DNA of 60,304 bases, the filler included, from Catajapyx aquilonaris (Eukaryota), in the NCBI GenBank assembly GCA_000934665.2. It is 3 parts of 3 records of this genome, joined end to end, with 100 filler letters (N's around TTAATTAATTAA, not from the genome) between each part and the next. Parts side by side here need not be neighbours in the genome. Positions count along the whole stretch, not along the records: positions 1 to 20,062 come from JYFJ02006341.1; 2 more parts are not named here. One strand, written 5' to 3'. The translations under genes were made by a program, and so were the position numbers. Below the pieces are notes generated by a model. That model ran no database searches. It was not told the DNA's origin and saw only the letters and a program-made list of their open reading frames with translations. This document shows positions 1 to 13,505 of the stretch, piece after piece. Each line of letters opens with the position of its first letter. Within the stretch, counting starts at the first letter, position 1.

Positions 1-1489
1 CTCTTTCATTTGGTGTATAACACGTTCATGTGCGGTTGATAGGTACGGAGCTATATGCATTTGTAATTATACTATTCATTTGTAATCACCCTGTATATTG
101 TCACCTATGCATACAGGGATCTGGGTGCAGCTGGTTTAACTGACTACTAGGGTAAACAATTCACATCTTATTCACCTACCACCACATGAATTGGGGTCTT
201 GGGCAGTGGATCACCCTGCATCATAATCGTGCTACGAGTATCATCGGTTGTGATGCCAAAACGACTTTTATCAGTTTACTTTTTGGATCAATCTACTGTA
301 TATATTATGCCGCAGATTAGGCGTTATTAGTACCATAAGATTCATCAACTGCAAGTAATCAATGGGACAAGAATTCTTAAATTCGGAAACATTCCCATCC
401 ATATGAGGTACTGGTCTTGACAGGAGGCTATACTAAATGATTCACATCAAAAGAATCAGATTCTCTGTGATTTTCATCAGTGCATTATTTTGTGGTCCAA
501 TGAACCCGGAAGTGCAGAGGTCACTTGGAAGGATCCATCAAAAATCACATGCATTCGATTTGGCTGAAGTCCCTCTAGATGCGTCACTACAAACCTGGGG
601 CCGTCAGTGTCCAAAGTGGAACACCATGTATGTGGGCAAAAATTACGCACTGATAGTGCTGTAACAGGCATTTGGGTGTGTCTACAATGCGTCCTCAAGT
701 TTGGCAGAGTTGCACACTTTTTCACAGCAACCGTTACTGTAATTTACATGTTTGCATTTTGAATCCAGAGTGCGTAAGTTATAGCGACACGGTCAGCACT
801 CGAAGGTTAAGCATACTTTACATGTGACCCTAATCTGCAATTAACTAATAAAATGCTGCAATTATCTTACTTAGACATTTTAATTTCTGGTAGGGTCTGT
901 GCTCGGTGACCAAAAGTTTACTTATGCGAAAGTGTCAACGTTGTCAATGTCACAATAATTACAAATCGGAAGACATAGATGTGCTGGGGAGATGGGAGAA
1001 GCTTAGACCAAACTGATCATAAAGTCAGAACAAACTAAAATGATGTAGCGATATCTAGTGCAAGTCCGTTGCGGCATGCAGCATGTGTGAACGCAAAGTG
1101 CAAGCCCGTTAACACCGTAGGTTCTCATCATGACGCGCAGCTCCAAGGAAACATGACAGAAGGTAAATCTCCAGATAAGGTCATCGGCCGGCCCTTGCCG
1201 CACCCAAAAAACGCAAAAAAAATTGGAATATTTTTTCGCAATAAAATGTACACAAAAGTTTCGTCCTGATTGGCCCAAGGCAGGGTCAGCATCTAAGCTG
1301 TACGGTACCTGCGCTGGCGCACATTCCCACTCCCAACAGTCCACGACGATTGACTCTTCTTCTTCCTCCACCTCTCTTTCCGGCCAGCCATTTGGGTTGG
1401 AGCAGCAGAACGGTGAGCTACCAAAGTAGAGGAGTGTTCATCTGGCCGTGGTCAGTCTAGTGGGCATCGGACTCGAGGCTGGCAGAAGG

Positions 1490-4400
1490 ATGACCACTCT
1501 TCGTTTTGGGCTTATTCTGGCCATTGTCGTTGCTGTCTTGCTACCATGCACCTTAGCTGCGGACTCATGGTTCAAGTAAGTGTATCCATTCGATATATCA
1601 GACAATCCGGTACATCGTCATTGACGTTTCAGGATGCCGTCACCCTTCACCGTCGTTTGCAAGAATGGAACTTGCGTCAAAAAGGAAAGGACGGATTCAA
1701 CTGTGATTCAAAGTCTGGCCATGTGCAAACTTAGATGCGGAAGATATCGGGTCCTATGGCCACAACCTACAGGCGAAGTTGAACTTAGCCGTACCGTAGT
1801 TGCATTCAAACCTCAAAATTTTAAGATCACGCACCTAAACGCACCCACCCAGCGCGTCAAAGACTTGCTCAACCAAGCGTTCAAGATATTTCAGGGTTAC
1901 TTGTACAAGGTAAGACATGGAATGTCATGGCCCGGAAACTCTTCAGGTGTTTCATAATTGGTGCGTGACCTACCGCTGCGTTTCTCGTGCATGATTATAG
2001 CACCGCTAATATTTTAAATAGAACACTGATTCTGCATCTTGGATTTTGAGGGTCAAGTGCACATCAGAACATTTTAAATTCATTTTTCAAAGTGCTAATT
2101 ATGACAGCTAGAAAATTCCGAGAGGATGTGAAAATGCGTGTAAATTGCGTGCCAACACCTCTTTAGGCCATTCGGCCATACATTTTACTTACTGCGAAAT
2201 GTAACTTTGAGCTTTGCTAAAACAATGCACACTTCTGCTGGCAGATGCATCCGGAAAATATGGAGGGCCGTCGTACTGCCTTCGAACGTGAATTTGACAA
2301 TCAAGTGGAAAGCACCAGTATTCTTCTTGGGATTGACGTAGAAGAACCAGATGACCGTATCACACTGGACACTTTAGAGGGATATCGTCTCGAAATGGAA
2401 ACTCAGGTATATTCTCGTAATATTCTTACTGCCCTCATTATTTTACTATTCCCATCCTGAAATGGAGATAACACGCTATTATGAAAGATGACGAATTTTT
2501 TTACACGTTACGCTTCACGCCAGCTTGTGAATATAGCGCTAAGTTCTAGCCAGAAGGTAAGAAATCGTGGGAGATAAAATGGGAAAACAGTAGTTTTACT
2601 AGCCTGTAAAAATGCACCATTTGCCTTACCTTATATAAAGCCTAAAAGAGCTGCCGAAAGGGATAATATGAAAACTGAGCTAATTTGTAAACTAATGAAA
2701 ACATAATTTGATGAAACTGTTTTTCCCACGACATTAATTGTAAGACAGATTGCGTCAGTGATGTACTGTAATGCATTATTCGTCCGCAATTCACACTTCT
2801 GGGAATATACCTGCTCATCCGTGCATTTTCTGTAAGTAATACTGTTACTTCATTGTGTAACTTATCTGCTTTATAAAAGATCAACTTGGATATCTGAGAT
2901 CGAAGAAGGGTCAACAGACTGTGTACCAGAAATCGCTCTTATAGCTCAGCGGAAGAGCAACAGCTCAACTCAAGCTGAAAACATAAAATGTCATACGAAT
3001 AGGTTACATTTAGCACTCTGACACTGAGCTTGAGCTGGAGGTCCCGGGTTCGACTCCCGGTGAGGGCAATCTTGGTACCTGTCGAACACAGATAATGTGA
3101 GACAACTGGAAGTCTGGACATTAGCACTATTCCACAACTGAGGTCCGAATTCGATATTCGGATAGGATTTTCTTATGTGGTAGAGTATTGATAGGCGATT
3201 CTCTCTCTTTCCTTCATCAAGCGTAACACCCTTGGCCATTTTCCTCCCTATTTCCTTCCCTCATACCGCATTCTTGGCTTTAATAAATCAAACCAACTAT
3301 TTGAGATGTGGGAGAGACGAAGGGTGTCTGCCTGTTTGATTTTCCAGGGAAACACCGTACGGGTGGAGCTTCGAGCAGACACATTCTTCGGCGCTCGACA
3401 CGGCCTAGAGACCCTTAGCCAGCTGATTGCATATGACGAACAAAAGGAAATTCTGCAAATTGTGTCATCAGGAATTATCAGCGATCGTCCAGCCTTTCCC
3501 TACCGCGGTGTAATGCTGGATACATCTCGCAACTTCTTCCCCATCAAAAGCATCAAACGTCTGGTGGACTCCATGTCATACAACAAGCTCAACACCCTCC
3601 ATTGGCATCTTACAGACTCGCATAGCTTTCCCTTCTACAGTCAACGTGTCCCACAGATGACCCTGTACGGCGCATACACACCAAGGAAGATCTACTTCCC
3701 TGAACAGATCCGAGCACTGGTGGAGTACTCCAGGATACGCGGAGTCAGGATCATACCAGAACTGAGCACTCCTGGTCACACTGGTAATGGTTGGCAATGG
3801 GGTAGCCGTCAAGAGGGCCATGAAGAGATGGCATTGTGTGTCAACGAGGAGCCATGGCGAGAACTGTGCAGCGAGCCTCCCTGTGGTCAGCTCAACCCTT
3901 ACAGCGACAAGGTGTACGAAATCCTAGGAAAGCTATACCGAGATTTCCTGGACGTATTCGAGACACACGCTTTCCACATGGGTGGCCACGATGTCAGCTT
4001 CACTTGCTGGAACAACAGCAAATCAGTCAGGAGGTCCATCGAGGAGCTTGGAAGAAATGCCAGCGTACCAGAGTTCATGCAAATGTGGGTAAGATTCCAA
4101 ACCCGTGCTTATGGAGAGCTTGTGCGTGCCAATCGTGGTCGAGACATTGTGCCAATCCTCTGGAGCAGCAGGCTCATGATCCAAAGGGGTGTTGAGAACA
4201 TATTGGACCCGGAGCGGTATGTGGTACAGATCGGATCGGCCCTTAACGATCGACGCATTGCTAGCATCCTGGACAGAGGATACAAGGTGATCTTCTCTAT
4301 ACCAGAAGCTTGGAGTTTTGATTGCGGATTTGGCGGGGACAGTCCTCGTACTTGTCGACAGTTTCAACCTTGGCAGCGCATGTATGAACACAATCCGCTC

Positions 4401-4796
4401 AAGTAAGTATTTTTAACAGTCTCCATCTTGACCCAGTTGTGACTTTATAATTTGAATCGCAGGTTGGTCCAGACTTTGAACGTGACTGAACCAGTCGAGT
4501 TTCAGTCCACGCAGCTACTAGGAGGAGAAGGTTTGATGTGGTCTGACGTGGTTGATGAGATGGGTCTGGAGCCTAAAGTGTGGCCTAGGGCTGCAGCCAT
4601 TGCAGAAAGGCTGTGGTCCAACCCTGGGAGCAGCTGGAAGGATGCTGAACATCGCTTCTTGCATCACCGTCAAAGGATGGTGGAAAGGGACATAAGGGCT
4701 GATTCGGTCCAACCTGAGTGGTGTTATCAGAACCAAGGACATTGCAGCATGACCACCTCTGATGCTATGGCTGCTGCTGCCGCTAACCATCCTTAA
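1490..4796 (+). CDS. GH20 beta-N-acetylhexosaminidase-like protein (Hexo1/NAG type), predicted catalytically impaired paralog; exons 1490-1575, 1633-1909, 2245-2406, 3348-4402, 4463-4796
   Basis: Signal peptide MTTLRFGLILAIVVAVLL; Cys-rich N-terminus ending LWPQPTG; GH20 motifs FFGARHGLETLSQL, RGVMLDTSRNF, NKLNTLHWHLTDSHSFP, EPPCGQLNP, WPRAAAIAERLWSNP. All GT-AG junctions keep frame. The catalytic motif reads HMGGHDV instead of HMGGDEV. Confidence 0.93.
2935..3068 (+). ncRNA. tRNA-like element with ~60-nt insert in the anticodon arm, in intron 3 of GH20 paralog 1 (tRNA-derived repeat or atypical tRNA gene)
   Basis: Acceptor stem GCTCTTA/TGAGGGC plus A; D arm GCTC-AGCGGAA-GAGC; T arm CCGGG-TTCGACT-CCCGG; A and B boxes intact; anticodon region expanded. 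Confidence 0.55.
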
Positions 4797-7700
4797 ATAT
4801 GCTCCCGTGGTCATTTTGCTTGAATACAAATTCCTCCCAGGTTACCTCACTCGACATCAAGTTTTTTAAAAAAATCAGCATGTATGGTGTAAGAAACATA
4901 TGGTTGACATAATTGTACATACTATTTTTCTCCTGTTTGTTAATGAAGCGCGTCAATGTGAAATGAGATCATATGTCTGGTGACCCACATCACATTTTGT
5001 TCTCAGTGTCAAGGCTTCTTGCAAGACACTTCGTGATATCCGCATTCACTACATTGCATTGCATGGGTGGTATGAAACTCTTAAATAGTCAGTTACAGTT
5101 ATAATTATACCTATGTTATTGCTACTTGGTTCTGCGTGAATGGTTAATTTATTTACAGGTTGTCTGTTCCAGACTTCGACATACTTGCGTTTTCACTAAT
5201 TTATGTTTATTTATTTGTGATTTTTTCGCATAAGATGCCAATGTGAAATGTTTTATCAGTTGCTGTTGTTTAAATAAATAGTTCTACCAAAGCTATACTA
5301 TGAACCTTTTAACTACTGTTAGCACTGAATAATTTTTACCATTTTTATATTAGAAAAAAAATATGTTTGCACCTTTGCAGTGTACACTGAGGAGGGTATG
5401 GGATAGGGGGGGGGGGGGGGNGGGGGGTGAAAGAGGAGGTGGTGGAGAAGGGACCACGTATTGCAGCTTTTAACCTTCACCAACTGGTTTGTCAAGCGCA
5501 ACAATGCCTCACACGTCTCAAACAAGTGCACGAGAAGGAGCGAAATCAAATCAACCTCCGGTTTTATAGGTCAACATTATGCTAAATCACCCTAACATTT
5601 TTCCCAGAGGAAGCTCCTTTGAAGAAAGGAAAGAAGAAAAAAAGTGAAAATGGAACCTTATTATGATATTTACAGGCACAATGGCAGAGAAAGGAATCCG
5701 TAAACCTGGAAATAAAGCAAAAATAAGAAGAGTAATATAAAAAAATGAGGGCGGACGGATGTTACGTTGAGATATTTCCGCCACTTTAGGGTAGGAGTGA
5801 AAGCTAAAGGTTACATAATCGTGCGAAGTTTTGCGGCTTTCAGCTCCGTAATTGGAAAATTAGTTAGACCTTCTGATAAGAGCTCGGACAGCTAAATGCG
5901 ATACAGGTGCAAACACCAGCACGATAATTAGGACACTCTTTCTCACTTTTCGCGTGTCACTAACGAGGTCTGAATTTGCTCCGCACTTCAGTGGCACAGC
6001 TTACGTAAGATTCAGGATGAAATTCGGCATGTCTATTAGATATTATTCCTTTCACTCTAAGCAAGGGCAGTTATTTTAGGACACACACACAAAAAAATGT
6101 TCTTCACATTGCACCATTTGCCATATAACTTTCACAGTTGTCTTCTGTCAGTTATGTACCAATATGCTTTATGCACTTTTGGCGAATGCACCTCGACCAA
6201 TCGGGAACCTCCCAAAGTAATCTGACGGTCGTATTGTGTAGGCGTACAGTACAGTATGTTGTAGGCGCCTCAGAACCGTTCGGAGCCTGAACAGTGTAGG
6301 TAGAAGACCTGGACTTCTTAGGCATGTTGTCACGCAGGTGACTTTTTTCCTTCATTCTTCTTAGAAGAGGAGGTGGAAACATATACATACGTACACTAAG
6401 AGAAAGCAGTGTGACCAGCAGCTGCAAGCAGATTACACCAGTTTCGTGCTTCCTCTTCTGTTTGTGTATTGTTTTCGTGCCGGATTTGAATATGTGAGTA
6501 TATGAATATTGTTGACTAATGTATGTTCAAAATAGCTGTACTTTGTGTGTAATCAAAGGCATGAGAGCACCATTTTGCGATTATCAGTTGCACCTATCAC
6601 TACATTTTGTCAGCATTTTTATCGTATTTAGTCTTATCCTTGCAGATAGGCAGCAGAGAGGGGTCTAACCGGACGTCGACCTTCTCTAATCAGGTATTCA
6701 GTCGGTCGTGTGTCTTTGGATGAGCTGGTTGTTGTCGTCCAATCCTCCACTGCCATCAGTTAAAGGTCAGTCTAGAAGGACACTGCTGCATGTAAATGGT
6801 TGTGGCAATGTCATTGAATAGGGAATACTAGATATTTCTAGAGAATCGTTCATATGGATAGACTTGAATCAGGGCTTATTGTATTGTCATGAGCCGGCCG
6901 GTATGATGACATTTACAGAGTTCCGGGAAAAAAACGTTGACATCTGCCGGGTATGTCTACTCGTGTCATACTGTACAATGCTCTTACTGTGGATACAGAG
7001 TTCTTGTTCCGCACAAAAGTGAGTTTTATGACCAGTTTTTGCTGTCATTCCGGAGATCTATATGGGAAATATGCATAATCTAAAAACTCCCACGTGAGCA
7101 TAGATTTACACTAGAGAAGCATGATGATAACGTTTTATTATGGAAAATAGATTTCAACATTGGTTTGTTGGTGAATTTTAAAGATACATGAGTCAGAATG
7201 TGAGTGACCTTGGATGAGGTTACCAGCCAGTTCAGACGATCTTTTGTTCCAGAGGAGTGTCCAATGCCACACCTTGAAGGAGCTATTATCATTATAATCA
7301 GTACCTGTCTGCTGCTAACACAGTAGGGCTCATTACCATACTCGTTCAGTATTAAATTGACTCTGAAAAGTCTGCTACATTTTTTACTGAATATTTTTAT
7401 TTGTAAGTTATTGCTGTTTATAGGCTGCCTGTTACAACATGGATACTCTTACAAAGTTGTATTCTATCTGATATAATTCCTTCATATGCGTTATGACACT
7501 GAAAATAACAGAGGATTTTATACAATAGCTAAGTGGCCTGTGAATAAACCCGTTACTTTATAGGTTGGCTTAGTCATAAACCTTTTGTCAACTATTCTAC
7601 TGGTATCACTTACTTGACCGAGATTTCTGAAGATATGTGTTTTTCCATTAGCTTATCCGATTAGCTAAACAGATACCAGCAGTCAGTTTAACAAACATTT

Positions 7701-8331
7701 GATAACTTTTAAAAAATCTAGTCTTGAAGTGCGGAATATCTATCTGAAGCTACAGATTAACAATGAACATGGCTAAACCAACTTGTTACGGCTTATCATT
7801 CTGTATGGCAAAAGGCTACATTCTAGCCTCTGCGCTGTTTCAAGTGTCACCTTTACGGACAACGTAGATGCCATAAGATAAGCCAACCTTGATAATGGCC
7901 CTGCGAGAGAGTTTAAAAAATAAGTGAATGTTGTAGGCTACAAGTGTCTCAGATAGGAATTAGAGGTCAAGGTCACTGCTGCATTCCACCTGCACTATCC
8001 TAGGTTTGATTCTCACCATAGGAGATCTGATAGGAAGGATATACTCTAACAACCGTGGATCTGACCAACTGTTACATACATGCATATTATTAAGGTTAGA
8101 CCACACTCTGAAAATGTTAATCAGGCTCAAAAATAATGATGTTGTCGATGTCAGTAGAATATAATGAGGAAGTTACGTGTGTTGTCTCAGTATTGAAATG
8201 GAATAGGCCATTCAGATTTCCCTATGGCACTTCAAGGAACTTGAAAACAGTTGGGAGAGTCACATAAACACACATGATTGCGTGTGACGTCCACATTTAA
8301 TAAAATTGGTCTTTCTCTTTGCATAGGGACA

Positions 8332-11235
8332 ATGCTGAAGGACATTCTCGGTGGTGTCCTCTTGGTGTGCTTCCTGTTTCAGCACCACTCCCAAGCTCTT
8401 CAATGGCACAGGTAAGCAGTTTTTGTTTTTTGTGTCTGTGTATTTTTTTGCCCATTAAGGAAACAGAATAGGTCGACCCTTCTGGACTTATTCCATAACG
8501 GAGTTACGTGGCAAAGGCCATGTGCATATTTTAATAATCTGCCGGCTTGATCCGTTAGTCCTGACCTGGAGTGATTATGCAAATCCGAGAGTTTTAATGG
8601 TCAGAAAAAGTTATGGCTTCTAGGCATATTTTGATTGCTTCAGTCCAGTCAAGCCAGACGACAGAAGTGATGGAATAATAGTTTTAAAATAATAAACATA
8701 TGCACTACTGTGCAAGCACAATAAAATTAATAACGTCACACTTCGGATTTTTTGATACCAATGACTCAATGAGAGAGAGAGAGAGAGAGAGAGAGAACAT
8801 ATAATAATTATTATGCATATGAATACAAGTAGGCTCCGTTTTACGACGGGGCTAGGTTCCAGAAAAACAGGGTAGTAAAATGAAAAGCCGTAGAACGAGG
8901 TCTACCTGTAGACAACGCATCGCTAAAAATAAAAGGAGCACTAACATTAAGATAATATTGTGTGTTTGGACCACGGTTTGGACGTGGTTTGGACACATGA
9001 TTTTCAGCGATGTGTATTGTATCGAATTTTTTGATATTGTAAATTTTCATTTCTGACGTAATTTTTAAAAGGTTGTGATGTGAAACATCGTAAAATGGAG
9101 CGTCGTAAAACATACTGTAGTCAGGGTCTACATGTCTTGTCATGCAGGTGTTTCTGTTGACATTCCGCAGCATGCTTAATGATTTTTTTCATGACAAAAG
9201 CACTAGTAAAATACTTTCAGATACAATAATTATTACGTTCATAAGCTGTACAGCAATATTTGAGCTGCCTTTTAATCTACCTCACCTATGTGCAGATATC
9301 CATCGCCATGGACATGGGTATGCCAGAATGAAACCTGCGTGAAAACGGAACGGGGCGAATCTTTGGAATACATCTCCTTGAACACCTGCAAGATGACCTG
9401 CGGACAATACGGTGCCCTCTGGCCATTCCCCTCTGGCCGGGTGTCCATTGGCAGCAAGGTGCGTTCCTTCAAGCCTGAGAACTTGGACTTCAACACCATG
9501 TCCGCTCCGTCCGAAAAGGTCCGTGAGATGCTTCTGGAAGCCACCAAGATATTTAAATCGGAACTTAACATGATGCATCCAGAATACGCCAATTCCAAGA
9601 ACGGTCCTTTCAACCGCAAGCGTTACGACAAAGCAGTGGAGAACACCACAGTGGCAGTGGCAATCAGCGTGTCATGGCCCGATGAGGACCTGAAGCTCAA
9701 TACTGAAGAAAGCTACACGCTGGCTATCATGGAATCGGGAGATGAGGTCAGTAACGTAGTAGCCTGAGATTGACATTTCTTACGTGCATATACCATTGTT
9801 TTCACAGGTTTCAGTGGTAATATTGGCCAACACGTTCTTCGGTGCCCGACATGGCCTGGAGTCCTTGAGCCAGCTGATTGATTACGACGAGCAACATGAC
9901 AGCCTTCAAATAGTGTCGGAGGTGACACTGACAGACAGGCCTGCGTTTCCATACCGTGCCGTCACCCTCGACACTGGCCGAAATTACGTTTCCCTTGACG
10001 CCATCCGCCGTACCATCGACGCCATGTCGTACAACAAGCTCAACACTTTCCACTGGCACATGACCGACACCCACAGTTTTCCCCTGTACAGCGTTCGACA
10101 GCCCCAACTCACCCTTTACGGAGCATACACCCCGAACAAGGTGTACCTCCCAGAGCAGATCAAGGATCTGGTTGAATATGCCCGTGTTCGAGGAATTCGC
10201 ATCGTTCCTGAATTCGATGCCCCGGCTCACGTCGGCAACGGTTGGCAATGGGGTCCAAAAGACGGGAAGGGTAACATGGTAGTATGTCTCAACCAGGAGC
10301 CATGGGCAAGTTACTGTGTAGAACCACCGTGCGGACAGCTCAATCCTACCAACGACAAAATCTATGACGTGTTAGGAGACGTCTACAAAGATATGTTCGA
10401 CGTGTTCCAGAGTGACGTGTTCCACATGGGAGGTGATGAGGTTAATTTCAACTGCTGGAACACCACCAAAGAAATCATCGATTACATGGACTCGAACAAC
10501 ATTCCTCGAGATGAACAAGGTTTCCTGGCTCTCTGGAACGGATTTCAAACAAAGGCTTACGAGAAGGTATGCATCATGTGAGGTGCAGATCCATTCAAGA
10601 CCATCCGCACCTATACTCATTACACTCTCATATTGACATTTCAGGTGAAAGAAGCTAACAAAGGGGAAGACCTACCCATCCTGCTGTGGACTAGCCATCT
10701 GACCAACAAAAACTACAGCGTCAAATACCTGGATCCCATGCGCCATATCGTACAAATATGGACATTAGGGATTGATACCATGATTGCCGACCTGGTCGAG
10801 AATGGCTTCCGGATCATTTTCTCAAACTACGACGCCTGGTACCTAGACTGTGGGTTCGGAGCCTGGGTCGGAGAAGGTAACAACTGGTGCAGCCCTTACA
10901 AAGGATGGCAACTCGGCTATGACAATAATCCTATGAGTCTTCTGGCAGCCTTCAAAAGGCCAGGGTTGGTTCAGAAGGCTATTGACGAAGGGTTAGTTCT
11001 TGGAGGGTCAGCTGCCATGTGGACCGAACAAGTAGACGAGGCTGCTCTGGATGCCAAAATCTGGCCCAGGTCAGCTGCTATGGCGGAAAGGCTTTGGTCC
11101 AACCCGCAGACATCGTGGAGAGCGGCAGAATTCAGGATGGTGCATCACAGGGAGAGGCTCAAGCAGAGAGGAATTTTTGCTGATGCCCTTCAGCCCGAAT
11201 GGTGTCACCAGAATGAGGGTCACTGCTACGCTTAA
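8332..11235 (+). CDS. Chitooligosaccharidolytic beta-N-acetylglucosaminidase (GH20, Hexo1/NAG1-like); exons 8332-8411, 9296-9746, 9808-10566, 10645-11235
   Basis: Signal peptide; intact HMGGDEV (DE at 10435-10440), PEFDAPAH, CVEPPCG, QIW, WYLDCG, NNWCSPYKGWQ, MWTEQ, WPRSAAMAERLWSNP; splice junctions in frame. Confidence 0.96.
8770..8795. repeat. (GA)n microsatellite
   Basis: Direct observation. Confidence 0.9.
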
Positions 11236-11860
11236 GATGCCATAATGTCCATTTTGCCAGAATTTCACGGCGGCTTTTTTAACTTTCAGCGTGTCTCGCA
11301 ATAATAAACAGTCATCTGAATTCCTTTACTTTTACTGGCGATGACCAACCTGTGTCATAGCCGGCCATGTGGCGGGCGCTGACCCGTCGGTCAATCATAA
11401 GTCAGTTTGCAGTTGCATGTGCACTACTATGTGCATGTGGTTGTCCAAATGTTAGTTATTTCCGTATAGTACTTAATAATATAGGCATATGATTGCCGTG
11501 CCACAATAAAAGGGGTGTCAGCATTTTGCTTTTTTTTGTTGTTTGTAAAATACACATTATTCAGCAGTAACTTAAATGTAGTGACCTCTCTCTAGAAATC
11601 TTAATACCACTATATGGATTTCTTACCTACTTGACAGGATGGATGAATAGATCGAGGCATAAATTACAGGTCCTTTATTAAAGTCACCCTTCCGCCCTAG
11701 AGCGAAACTTAGGTAGGACAAACACAGGTGCTGTGTGCAACTGGCAATAATGGTCAGAAATTTTGGGTGATAAAATATACAATTTCTCGAATGTACCAAA
11801 GGCTCTAGCAAAATCAGGATTGCGTCATTTTATTGCGGATAGAAACAGCAAAATAATATA

Positions 11861-13505
11861 TTAAGCAAGAAGAGTGTTGCATCCAGTGGCCATTTGTTGG
11901 TACGACAATCTAAATCCGATTTCATCAGCAGCTACTGTCACGACGTTGTCAGATCGAAACTGCACTACGATCGGTCCTTTTCCTCGAGCTGAAAAAATAA
12001 GCACAGGTCTACTTGTAGAACAGCAATATTCTACAGTGTTTTAAGATGCTTACATATTACGTAGGACATCAAAGCGGTACCAGTCCCCTCCATATTAGGC
12101 AGCATGTTGCCACATAATTTACTCCTGGTCGCGTCCATCGGATTCATGCTCCCTGACTCAGGAATGACTACGTAGTCGGTTGTACAGTCCTGTCAACAAG
12201 AATGAACTGTAGTTGTACACCACACACTATGTACTGTACAAGACAAACCTGCTGGGGGGTAGTAGTCCCAGTTCCAACTCGAAATGACATGTTATCCAGG
12301 GCGGTAAACTGCGTTCTGCAAGTGTCCAATGCTGGTCTGATACAAATTGCGTAATTTAAATTTCTCAGGTACATTCCTGTACCCCCGTTGAAGTTGAAAG
12401 ATTGGATAGTACCCGCCCTGTCCGTGAAGAACTGCAAACATCCCGTCGGAGCTGTGCATTAAATTTTTTAAATTATTCCAATGCCTTGAATAAAATTGTT
12501 CACCCTGTACAGTACCTGCCATCTCGCTGTTGCATGGAATTTGAGTCATTTTTATTCGCCAACTATGAGCCATGTCGCTGGTGGTATCAAACATAAGGCT
12601 CAGTGAATCCGTGCCCTGAGATGTATCCACCGGGATGTAAACTGCAAACAAATGACATATGAACTTGCGCAAAGATAATCAGTACAAATGAATCTTACGG
12701 TGTTGGCCAGAGTTGTTTCCACACAAACTCTGAAATCCCAGCACACTAGAAAATGGTGAACGAATAAAGAATCGGTCCCTCTGGCAAGTTCCAATGTTAG
12801 GTCCCGTTGTTTCCGGACTGGCCAGGTTGAATTGCAGTAAGTCCAACCGGACTTGGCATATACTACGATCGGATACTTCCAGCTTCATGTCGCACGCACC
12901 GCTGTTGGTGCTGGCTTGCGGATATCCAGGATTGACGAAATAGGCCACTCTCTGAGAAGTGCTGGCTCGACAGCTTAGCTCCACTGACAAGTGAAGCTTA
13001 TATCAATATATTGCATGATTATGAATAATACGAGTAATTCTTACGACAACAATGCGCCTGTGTCCATCACAAAAATTTGGACAAGGCTTGCTGACTACTG
13101 ACATATGTTGATAAGATTGAGCCAGTGATAGTGTGACATGAAGACGTCGATTCCATTACTAACAAATAGTATAAGAATGAACAAGCTTACCCAGACAGCA
13201 AACTCCGAATCCCTGGGCACAAGTCCCAACAGCCCTTCCTCGAACGGCCGTACATTCCCTGGCAGTATAACATATTCCTTCGTCGTTACCAGCGTTGCAA
13301 GAGGTGGTTCCGAATTGAAATCGAAGAAGCGCCAAAACTGGCATAACACATCCGATTAATGGCTTGTTAATGACCAACCAGAGATCTGCAACTCACATTT
13401 CTCTTTCCTGCTCAGATTGTTGGCTTTGTCGATGACGTCGGTGGTCCTTCCCGCGGCCATGGTGGCGAAGAAGAGTAACACAACCACATATCGACAACTG
13501 GCCAT
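11861..13505 (-). CDS. Secreted arthropod CUB-domain protein (Cys-rich N-terminal module plus two CUB-like domains); exons 13505-13397, 13337-13191, 12983-12699, 12641-12516, 12451-12249, 12189-12054, 11988-11861
   Basis: Signal peptide; GICYTARECT..GTCAQGFGVCC; YFVNPGYP; ICQVRLDL; LCGNNSGQHLY; WRIKMTQIPC; APTGCLQFF; YAICIR; CTTDYVVIP; GFRLSYQQ. Junctions are phase-consistent. TATA-like element near 13600-13607 and AATAAA near 11828-11833 on the minus strand. Confidence 0.92.

Noticed and set aside
3576..11301. Antisense and alternate-frame ORFs over the GH20 exons
   Set aside because: These are shadow ORFs of coding sequence with no independent motifs.
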